This document shows, one piece after another, positions 35,550-46,350 of a stretch of DNA of 64,000 bases. This DNA comes from Piromyces finnis finn (Eukaryota; Fungi; Neocallimastigomycota): the NCBI GenBank assembly GCA_002104945.1, contig MCFH01000060.1, positions 124,001 through 188,000 of the forward strand, given 5' to 3'. The notes below the pieces were generated by a model. It had not been told where the DNA came from and did not search any database. It saw only the letters and a program-made list of their open reading frames with translations. The translations under genes were made by a program, and so were the position numbers. The first letter of the stretch is position 1, and each line of letters opens with the position of its first letter.

Positions 35550-36041
35550 AAGATTTCGATGACACCTTTTTAGAGGACAGAGTCAGATCGACATCTTTTT
35601 GGGAAATAGTATATAATAAATTAAATTGAAAATACTATAAATTAATTTAACTTGAAAATTTGAAATATATAATTTAATTTAATGAAGTTAGAAAATGATT
35701 TGATATTTAAAATTACTTTTAAAATAATTTAATTTTATACTAAATAAATAATTCGATGACACCTTTTCTTTAAAGGATAGAGTCAGGTCGACTTCTTTAA
35801 TATGAAGATACAATATAAATTCGATTAACTAACTAAATAAATATAATATATTCAAGGATAATATATTATTAATTAAATTAGATAAATACAATTAAGAAAT
35901 ATATTATATAATATATTAAAATATTTTGAAGTAATACGAAAACGAACTTAAAAATTTAATTTCATTGTAATAACTTACTTTATACTTTATAAAGAATTCG
36001 CTAACACCAGTTGATATGATGGAGTCAGGTCGACTTCTTTT
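35550..36041 (+). repeat. Three diverged copies continuing the hairpin array beyond element 4
   Basis: TCGATGACACC...GGACAGAGTCAGATCGA (35550-35599), TCGATGACACC...GGATAGAGTCAGGTCGA (35752-35798) and a degenerate copy at 35991-36041. The linker start TAGTATATAATAAATT recurs after copy 6. Confidence 0.8.
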
Positions 36042-36489
36042 ATATAAAGGTGTATTTTATATAACTGAATATTTGACTAAATAGAAAATTCTTAATAATT
36101 AGAATATAAATTTAAAGCATTTTTAATTTGATTTGAATTTATCAACAAAAGTCAATACAAATTTAGTTATTTAAAAAGTTATACATTTATTAAAAAAAAA
36201 AATTATTTTTATATTTAGTAAATTAAGATAATTTGATTGTAATAGTTTATTAAATAATTTATTAAACAAATGATTAAGAATAAATAATTAAAATAATTTG
36301 AATTCAATATGAGGAGGTTTTACAAATTTAGTTGTTAAATAAATTATGTTTTTTATATTTAATAAATTAAAATAAATTAATTAAATAAAGAATTTTTTAT
36401 AAAGAAGTTATTGTATATCTAGTTAATAAGTTTATATTTTTATTAAGAAGTAAGTTTTATATTTAAAAGATTCAAATAACTTGAATAAA

Positions 36490-37093
36490 TGTAAAGATAT
36501 CAAACGCCTCTGTTTGATATCTTTAATGTAACTTAAGCCACAAGTATTATTGTTTAAGTTACACAAATTATATTCAGAAAAAGAAAATGAGACATAATTT
36601 ATTTATTAATAATTAAAGTTTAAAACAAAATAAATTATTAATTTATTTTTAATGTTTAACAAGTAAATTAATATTCTCAATTTAAATCCCTAGTTTTAGT
36701 ATTGTTTTTTTTATAGAAATAGATAAATAATAAATGATTAATATATCAATAATACATGGGCACATATTCAAATTAAATAGTACTTAATTTGAATTGCCAA
36801 TTGTATTTTACTAAAAATAGTTATAGTTTAAATATTTATTAATAATTAAGATTTTAGTGTAGATTTTAAATAATAATATATAAGAAATAAATAGTTATAA
36901 TATAATATAAATGTATTTAGGAAAAATATAAATAGAAGATATTTTTCATCATTTTATCGATGTAATTGTTATTATTAAAATTCTATTATAATAAAAGATA
37001 TTTTTAATAAAACAATTTTTATTTTTATTTTAAATTTAGTGTTATTGTAATAGAATAGATATCCTAATCTATTCTTTCTGTGTCGCCATTACA
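36490..37093 (+). mobile_element. Solo LTR of the element 4 family inside element E
   Basis: 604 bp, near-identical reverse complement of 18766-19369, TSD ATAAA. Confidence 0.93.
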
Positions 37094-39596
37094 ATAAATT
37101 AATATAGTAGTTTTGATTGAATAATTATAAAGTTAAATAAATATATAATAAGAAATGAGTGTAATATTTTTTATTCTTAATAATATGATGGTAGTGAAAT
37201 CAGAGCTAGAAAATTAATCTATTCTGGATCTGTTCTTAATTTCATTTATCTGGATTTTATAAAGAATAAAATGAATAGTTTTTATGTACTTAATAAAACG
37301 AACTTTATAAAGGAAAAAAAAAAAGATTTTAATCTTTATACAATTCTTTTTAATGGAAGTATAATGAGATTGATAACTATAATTACTATATATTGATTGT
37401 AGGAAATTAAATGATATAATTATTGAAATTCATATATTCCTTTAATCAATAAATAAGATAAATGGAGTAAAATATGTTTTTAAACTAAATTTAAATATAT
37501 CAATACCTTAGTAAGAATTAAATAAGGTGATGAATTTAAAATTGCTTTAATCTTTATATGGCATTTTTAATTTATTATCATACCTTTTATTCAAAAATGT
37601 ATCAGCTCTATTTTAATATTTTAAGTGATGCTTTTGATGAAGTATTTTAATTACTTTATAATTAATAATATTTAGTACAACATTATGTATATGTTTATAT
37701 CAATTCTGTGATGTTTTATTAATGATATTTAAATTTATGAATTCATTGTTAAATTTTTAAAAAAGAAATAATTTTATAATACCATATATTGATAAATTAT
37801 AAAATAAAAGAGAATTATAAATATGCTAAAAGTATTTTAAAAACGTCTAAAAATGATAAATTTGTTAATTAAATTATAGTATTTACTTGATGACTTGATA
37901 CCACTTTTGTTTATTTAATAATAAGATTAAAAAAAAATAGTGGTATAGTTAATATAATTATTGAATGATGTTTTTCCATTATTATTAATGAATGTTAATT
38001 TTTTTACAAATATTTTATTACTAAGAATTTTGTTATATTTATTTGCTTAATAATAACCTTTAAAAAAAAAAAAATAAGTTCCACTTGGTTTAAAGCTTGT
38101 ACAATAATAAAAAACATTTAATACTCTTTAAATGTTATTTTCTTTATAATTTTAGAATTGTCTGTTTGATATATTTAATATAAATTTTATCACAGACTTT
38201 TCATTTAAATGAGAGGGTGAACGAGATATTGTTCCAATATCTCCATTGGTTAATAAAATCGAATTGATTGTTATATTGGAATCTACTTATAATATTTTAT
38301 TGTAATCAATCAATCAATTTCAATTTTATACAAACTATGGATTTAATTTAAAATTTAATATTGAAATTTCTTCAGCTAATAAATCAAAGAAAGTTGAACA
38401 GATTACTATAAGTATTAATAAAAAGTATTAAAATTGTAAAATAGAATTTTAATCATGCATAAGAAGATTATAAAAGTCATGATGATCAAGAAGAATTGAA
38501 TAAATAAAAATTTGAAACTTAAGTAAATGTTTTGTTTTGAATACTTAAATAAAAATGTTAATAGAAAACAATTTATAAATAACCATAATCTGAATATAAA
38601 AACAAATGGATTCTTGATGATTAAGTTTTAGATAAATTATTAGAATTATGTATAAGTAACAAGAATGATAATAAGAGTATAAATAAATTAAATACTTATA
38701 TATTTTTTTAACAATGTTATGATTTAGAAAAAGTAGTAACCATTTGTTATTTAAATTTCTTCAAGAAAATAATCTCGCAGGAGCTCGACTTAAAGGGCGA
38801 GATTGTAAAGATATAATATATATCTTTAGATTATTTAATAATTAATTATTAATTATTAAATAATAAATTAATATTTAGTAAAACTGATTATAAAATTTTT
38901 GAGTAAATTTTATGGAATAATTTAATAATAAATTATTTTATAATAATTCCGTAAAATTTAAATTAAGATAAATATTTAAATTTAAGGAATAAAAGAATTT
39001 TAATTAAATTTAAATATTTCAAATATTTAAAATAATTAAAATATTTTTTAAATACTTTTTATTTAATTTTAGAATAGATTATACTTTTTTATTTAAATTT
39101 AGAATAGTTTAATAATTTTAACTTAGTTTTAAAAATAGATTTATTTATATTTCAATAGGAAATATATTAAGAATAGTATTGATAATATTAAATTAATTTA
39201 TAGAAAATACATGGGCTTTATTCAATTTTGAGTTTACTCAAATTGAATTAAAAGTATAATGAATTAGTTTTAGTTTAGTTTTGTTATTTTATTCTTTAAT
39301 TAGATTAGTTTTGTTTATTTTATATTAAATATATGTTTATTTAAATAGAATAATATATTAGAATATAATTATGAAAAAATATAAATACATGTAATTTTTA
39401 TTTGTTAAATCGATGTAATTGTTATTTTCAATTTTTTAATTATTAACTATTATATAGTTAATAATATTTTTAAGAGTTTAAATAAAAAATGTTTTATTTT
39501 TAAAATAAAAATTTAATGTTTTATTTTTTATTTTTGTGTTAATAAAAATTGTTTTGTTTTAAGTATAAAATCTGTTTTAAATTTTATACTTTTACA

Positions 39597-39951
39597 TTAT
39601 TAAAGAGTCAAATTTAATATTGAATTCAGATACACTTTCATTTTTCTTTATTGTAATAGTAGACAATTCTAATAATCTAGAATTCTTTGGTACTGAACCT
39701 TTAAAATGACTTTTAAGGTTTTTGATGATGGTATTATAATCATCTGGTGTTTCTTTATTTAATGCATTAACTACAATTGTTCTAGCTGTACCTGTAGTTA
39801 ATGATATAAGGTATTCTAACTTTTCTTGTTCTGGTACCTTATATAAATTACACCAATGTTTAAAAGAAAATTCCCAATCATCAAATTCAACCTTTGTTGA
39901 ACCCAAAATAGGTATTCTATTAAAGGTAATACCTTTAGTAGTATTATCCAT
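39597..39951 (-). pseudogene. gag: N-terminal half of the element 3 gag
   Basis: MDNTTKG...KKNESVSEFNIKFDSLI, homologous to the other Gags and cut at the TTATT TSD. Confidence 0.88.
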
Positions 39952-41285
39952 TATTACTTTTTATTTTTATTTTATTTAATTTTATTTTAATATTTTATTT
40001 AAAAACTCAATTTTTATTTATTCTCAATAATTTAGTTATAAGAACAATAATATGTTTTTATTTACAACAATCTTTATTTACAATAATTTAGTTATAAGTA
40101 CAGTAATATGTTTTTATTTGCAATAGTCTTTATTTACAATAATATAATTTTATTTATTACTGTTATTAATAAAATATAATCTTATATAACGTTTATATAA
40201 TGTAATATAAAAGGAGTAATTGGTTGTTGTTTGTAAACACTTGTAGACACTTGCTTTAGTTTTATTGTAATTAAGAAGATTTTATTTTTTTTTTTTTTGA
40301 GAAAATGTTAAGAATATATTTTATTTATATTAAGTTATTTATATATTAGTATTGTTAAAAAAATATTTAATTTAGAGTAGGATGTTTATTTTTATTTCTT
40401 TATTATAAAGCAGAAAATAATATTGATTATGTTATTATAGTACCTTCAGAGTACCCGACAGTTTCGTCACCGTGCCTTTCGACCTCCACTAACTAACCGT
40501 CATAAATATTAAGTGGTGTAATATTTACTTATTAGTTAGCGCTCTACTCCCCCACGATATGTGATAAAACTGCACTCTTACTAACTTACTATAAAACACT
40601 TTAATTATCTTAGTAATTAATTAACCGAAAAGATAAACAAAAGTTATTTTTCGCTGAAAATTAACTAAAAAGACAACTCAATACTCAATATTATTGCTTT
40701 TATTATTTAAAATTTATAACAATACTTTTAATTTTACTTGACCGATGATTATATTTTATAATTAAATAATTTTTATCTTTAATTTATAAATTATAATTAT
40801 TAATTTATAATTATAATTTATGTATTTCTTTTTCTTTTTTTAAAAAAAATAATTAAATATAAAACTTTATTTACAGGATTTATTTTTCGCTTTTTAGTGC
40901 CTTACAACAATTTAATTAACCGGCAAAAGCTACTAACTAGAGGTGATATACTAGACCTCAAAATAAATTTAAACTATATATTTTTATGTCGCTTTACCTT
41001 CACGACAAACCTTTAGCCTTCGGTGACTAAAGTTCCTTATTCGCCAGAGTTCACAAAAGTATTCAACTTGAGAGTCCTGTATTGCGTGCTTTTTATCACA
41101 CTAACAATCCCTTCCCCCAAGTAAGCGTGCTATTCACACTCGTCCTACTTTTACAAATACTTCAGTGATTAACAGCTATAGTTTCTAACCAACTGAAACT
41201 AGTTAATTATACACTGAAACTCTGTATATGAGCTCTATACGCTCCTAGTATATTTTTACAAGTATTTTTATTTATAAAGTTTTAT

Positions 41286-41316
<31 letters not shown>

Positions 41317-41502
41317 TGGTTTGTTTGGTGTATATATATTTTTTATATATATATACTTAAATCTTTATTTATTATTATTTTGATTTATTTTTATTATATA
41401 TTTATTTTTATGTATATATACCTATTTTATTATTATAATTAATTCTTTCAACTATCTTATTTATAATATTATCAATCTATTTATCTAATAATTTTTCTAT
41501 AC

Positions 41503-41542
<40 letters not shown>

Positions 41543-41902
41543 CTTTTCTTATTTAAAATATCTATATATTTTATCTAATATATAATGTTTATATATCAAT
41601 TTACTATATTAATACTATACTATTAAGTATTATAATTTATTTATTTTATTTTAATATTGATTTAATAATATTTAAATAATATTTCAATATTAAATATTGA
41701 TTTATTATTTTAATATTATTTTATTATTTAATAAGTTATAATTTCTAAATAGATAAAATATTGAGAATATTTAACTATTCTATTAACTATCTATTCTATA
41801 CTATTATAACTTGGTTATTTAATTAATTTCATAGAATATTTTACTATTCTATATGAAATTTTTATATAAAGAAAATTTATATATTTACCTTATTTTGATT
41901 CT

Positions 41903-41918
41903 CCGGTTCGAAGGACCA
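41903..41918 (-). other. PBS of element 3, complementary to a tRNA-Tyr-type 3' end
   Basis: Minus strand TGGTCCTTCGAACCGG, 1 nt from the LTR. Eukaryotic tRNA-Tyr ends in ...CCGGCTCGAAGGA-CCA. Confidence 0.75.
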
Positions 41919-42729
41919 TTGATATAATTTGGTAATAATCTTAATTTTGAATTTTACTTCAAAAAGTGATTATTATATTATATCTTTTGTTATAACTATA
42001 TAAGTTATATTGATTAAGATTTAAAATCGTTTTTATAAAAATTAATAAAATTGTTTTGTTAAAACACTAAATTGTTTTATTAGAAACACTTGTTTTTCTA
42101 ATATTTAAATATTTAAAATTTTTATTTATTTAAGTATAAAAGTGATTATTAAAATTTTAAAATATTAATCTAACTATATAATATTTCTTTATTAATAATA
42201 ATAATAATAATTAAAATAAGAATATTTACATGTATTTATATTTTCTTTTAGATTTAAACTATTTACATTAAAACAATAAAATTAATAACTATTTACAATA
42301 AAAGTAATTAGAAATAACAATAAAAGAAATAATTAAAAGTTAAAGAATATAAAAAGTTGTTTATTTTACAATTAATTAAAGTAATAATTATTTTTAATGT
42401 TTTAATAAAGGTGTTTAATTATATTATTTTATAACATGAATTATTATATTTGTTTACTTTTAAAGTGTAATTTACTAACGAAGTTATTAAATATTTAATT
42501 TAACAATTAATTTAACAAGAGTTATATATTTTGATCTCGATTAATTAAAGTTTATTATTTTCTTTCAATAATCAAAATATATGCAGTGTTTAGGATTAAT
42601 TTTATTTAAGAATTTTGGTAAAGTACTTAATTAAACTATAACTTGTTTTAAGTTACTTTTAGGGTTAACTTAAAAATCAGGTTTAATAATAATTTTATAT
42701 TTATTAATTTCATTATTTATCAACAAATC

Positions 42730-43228
42730 TGTAAAAGGTGTTTTTATAATATTAGTTAATAAGTTATTAATATTTAGCTAATTAAGTTAGTTATTACCTC
42801 TCTATACGAGTTAATAACTAAACAAAGTTTTATAAAAAATAATAAAAGAAATAAAATAAATATTATAACACTAAAATAATTACAAACAAACGTATAAAGA
42901 TTTTATGAAATAATGTTTACTTAAATAATTCTATATTAATTATATCTTTTATTTATTAATTATAATTATATACATTAATTATTATTATAGTTACTAATTT
43001 ACTTTAATACTAACGCTAAAGTATTTAACGTTAGTTTCAACTATACTATTTAACTATATTAGTTTATTTTCTTTACCACTTGATTGGGTAAAGTAAATAG
43101 ACTTCCTATTTAATTAATAACCATTAATATATGGTTATACATATATCTGGCCAATAAATGGTGACCAGAATATATGGTTTCAATTGAAATATTTGTAGGC
43201 AAACTTATGGCCACAAATATTTTTTACA
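42730..43228. mobile_element. Solo LTR, family D copy 2
   Basis: TGTAAAA...TTTTACA, 499 bp, perfect TSD AAATC, ending 12 bp before the tRNA. Confidence 0.92.
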
Positions 43229-43240
43229 AAATCGAAAGTG

Positions 43241-43314
43241 GCTCGCGTAGCCTAATTGGATAGGGCGTCAGACTTCTAATCTGAAGATTGCGGGTTCGAG
43301 TCCCGCCGTGAGTG
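43241..43314 (+). tRNA. tRNA-Arg(UCU), copy 2
   Basis: Identical to copy 1 except C at position 4 (Watson-Crick C4-G69), followed by a T-run terminator. Confidence 0.96.
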
Positions 43315-43653
43315 CTTAATTTTTAAACATCATTTAATTTTTGTTAAAAATAAATTTAAAATACCTACATATTACTTCTTTTAAAATTTTAATACTATGT
43401 CCTTAAATTTTATATATTTTTTTAAATATGGTTTATAAACAAAATCTTATAATAACTTCTTATATATTATTATTTTATAATAGTTTATATGTATATATTT
43501 GTATATATATAATAGTTTTATAGTAGAAAGTTTTATTTATATGGAAGGGTTTATATTAATTAAATTAATTAAAATAAATAAAATGAAAACAAAAATATAA
43601 TTAGAATAGAAATAATACTATTATTGTTTCATATTTTTCAAATACTTCTACGC

Positions 43654-43690
43654 CCGGATTCTCCACCAAATTTTATGATGCAATATATCT
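43654..43690 (-). mobile_element. Remnant of another tRNA-Ala-primed element (PBS plus LTR edge)
   Basis: CCGGATTCTCCACCA is identical to the element 0 PBS and is followed after 7 nt by TGATGC. No internal coding sequence is left. Confidence 0.55.
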
Positions 43691-44100
43691 CAAAAACACC
43701 ATAAATAAAATAAATTGTGAATGTTAGTAATAGGGAAAAATGGTTGAATAATATATTAGATAATATTGTATTAATTTCTATTTTATAATAATAAAAATAA
43801 TAAATTTATAACAGAATAATTAAATAGACTTTGGTTTAATGTTTCTTTATTTAATTATTATTATTATTATTTTAATTATGAGATTAATAACAGTCAACAC
43901 TAATAGAATTGAGAGTTATTATTTAATAAATATTATATAATGAAATATAGAATGTAAATATAAAAATATATTGATAAACTTGTCATTAATAATAAAATAT
44001 ATCTTTTAAAATAATAAAAATAAACAATAGGTACTCTTTTCTTTTATAATTAATATTTATATTAAATAAAAATATATAGTATTAACCTAAAACTAATGAA

Positions 44101-44230
44101 ATAAAATAAAATAAAATAAAATAAAATAAAATAAAATAAAATAAAATAAAATAAAATAAAATAAAATAAAATAAAATAAAATAAAATAAAATAAAATAAA
44201 ATAAAATAAAATAAAATAAAATAAAATAAA
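44101..44230. repeat. (ATAAA)26 microsatellite
   Basis: Perfect pentamer tandem array. Confidence 0.97.
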
Positions 44231-44916
44231 TGTAAAGATATAAAATATATCTTTAAATTATCTAATAATTAATTAATAATTGTTAAATAATAGTCTTGAT
44301 ATTTTAATGAAAGTTTATTTATAAAATTTATTATATAAATTTCATGGAATAATTAAATAAAGATTAATTTTAAAATATCAAAGTTAGAAATGAAATTTGG
44401 ATATTTTAAATATTCAAATTAAATCTTAAAAAGTTTTTATTTAATTAAAATTAGTTTAATAACTTTAGCGTAGTTTTAAATTAGCATTTTTAATAATAAT
44501 TATATTATAAATAGTATTATTAATATTAAAATAATATATAGATAATACATGGACTGTATTCAATTTGTAGTTTACTCAAATTGAATCAAATGTGTATTTA
44601 ATTAGTTTCAGTTTAGTTTTATTATTTTATTATTTATTTAAATTTGTATTAAATTAGTTTTGTTTATTTTATATTAAATATATGTATAATTGAATGAAAA
44701 ATATATATAATGAATGTAAATGAAAAATCATATAAATACATGTATTTTTTCCAAATTTTAAATAAACGTAGTTGTTATTGACTATTATATAGTTAATAAC
44801 TTTTTTAAAGAGAAATATAAATTGAAAATTTTATTTATTAATTTTAGTGCTAATTTTTTATAATTTTTGTGTTTTATTGTAAAAATAATATGTTTTTAAT
44901 ATTATTATTTTACATA
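44231..44916 (+). mobile_element. Diverged LTR related to element E
   Basis: Begins TGTAAAGATATAAAATATATCTTTA and shares internal blocks (ATACATGG...ATTCAAT...TTTACTCAAATTGAAT) with 26849-27641. The right end is uncertain. Confidence 0.65.
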
Positions 44917-44974
44917 TAATTTAATTACTAAGAAAGGTAATTGTTACACAACCTTTACATAAAAATTAACCTTT

Positions 44975-45441
44975 TTGACTAAAAAAGGACATAATTAATA
45001 GGATAATATAAATTTATTATATGCTATACTATTAGTTAATATATAAAATCAAAAACACTACATGTAAAGTAAATTAAAAATTTATTAAATATAAAATAAA
45101 AATTTATTTGTTCTAATATTAATAGATTCATAATATATATTAATGATTTAATTAATATACGTTGCAATGAATGATCCATATATTATGAATGGAATTAATT
45201 TAAAATTTTAACTATCCAAAATCATTAAATTTGAAATAATGAATAATGGATAGTTTCAAAAAGTACGCAGTTTTTAGAAAAATTTACTAAAAATTGAATC
45301 ATAAAAAAAAATATAAAAAATAAAAATAAAAATTATTAAAAAAAATATAAACAATAAAAATAAAAATTATTAAAAATATATATATATAAATAACGAAAAC
45401 ATTACTATTTAAAATTATGATATCTTATTTGAACCGTAACA
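44975..45441 (+). mobile_element. Partial family A LTR, inverted relative to element 1
   Basis: The reverse complement begins TGTTACGGTTCAAATAAGATA and matches the first ~430 bp of 1334-2191. Confidence 0.75.
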
Positions 45442-45492
45442 ACAATTTCTTTGAAAAAGTACAAAACCTTTATATGTTATAATGCCCTCCTT

Positions 45493-45945
45493 CTAATGGC
45501 GGATTCCAGACGACATTGAATATAGTTTGTCTGGAAACTTTTTGTGGAAAGCTTTCAGTAACTCGGGGGCATGTATGTCTTCTACGTTTTCACATGAACG
45601 ATCTTCAGCAGAATATCCTTTCCAATCAACAAGATACTGAAGTACTCCGTTGTTAATTCTAGAATCCAATATTTCGTTTACTTCATACTCAAGGTCATCG
45701 TTTACTAAAATGGGAGGCGGCTTTTTAGATGTTTCAGTTTTCAAAGGTATTCTTAATATAGGGCTTGAGATTAGATATATGGAAAATGGGGTGTCTTCGG
45801 TCTCGTTTGGATAGTTTTAACTTGAAATTTTGGTTTTCCAAGCATTCAATAATTTTATATGGTCCTGGTTTTCTAGGGTCTAATTTCTTCACATTTGTTT
45901 TTCCTTTGGGGTAGAGTAACCATATTTTGTCACCTATATTTTTCA
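45493..45945 (-). pseudogene. Chromovirus integrase tail and chromodomain remnant
   Basis: IGDKIWL...LDPRKPGPYKI...HPIFHIS and EYEVNEILDSR...YLVDWKGYS in two frames, followed by a purine tract GAAGGAGGG. Confidence 0.85.
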
Positions 45946-46350
45946 GTACCATATAAATTATAAGCATCTTGAACCATATAATTACGTGCTAAAGGTTCAT
46001 ATTTATTAGTATTATTACTGTAGGCTAAATAATTAAATGATTCATTTTTAGGACAACATTTACTATCTTTCTGTTTATTATTATAAACACGACATACACC
46101 CATATCTTCTACTGGGATTTTAAGTCCCAAATATTTTTCATATTTTTCACGTGTAAGAATAATAATTTTTCCTCTTACATCACCAAGTTTTGGCATAAAA
46201 TTATCAATATAAAAATAATCTCTATATTTATCAATACATAATTTAACTTTTTCTTTTATTATATTATAATCATCATCTTTCCCAATCTTACCTGGTACAG
46301 CATCACAGTTTAAATGTATAATAACAGTTTCTGTTGGATGTTTACAATCA
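45946..46350 (-). pseudogene. Fragment of a phosphatidylinositol-specific phospholipase C (X-domain-like) gene
   Basis: KHPTETVIIHL...MPKLGDVRGKIIILTR...MVQDAY resembles the conserved HPxETVI, PxLGxxRGKI and QDxY blocks of bacterial-type PI-PLC. It is truncated by the retroelement junction. Confidence 0.6.

Larger units (their letters stand above)
26849..39596 (+). mobile_element. Non-autonomous (non-coding, LARD-like) LTR element E inserted in the element 3 gag
   Basis: 793-bp LTRs (26849-27641, 38804-39596), TSD TTATT, PBS-like ATAACAATTACC after the left LTR, PPT region shared with element 4, and no retroviral ORF of its own. Confidence 0.92.
21020..42722 (-). mobile_element. Ty3/gypsy element 3 (no chromodomain), inactivated and expanded by nested insertions
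   Basis: LTRs 21020-22379 (containing the SINE-like insert) and 41920-42722 with TGATA...TATCA ends, 4-bp TSD ACAA (21016-21019, 42723-42726), PBS 41903-41918, split gag and frameshifted pol. Confidence 0.93.

Noticed and set aside
38160-38760. Captured host gene in the 3' interior of element E
   Set aside because: It looks faintly coding but has stops throughout and no identifiable motif; it cannot be supported without a search.
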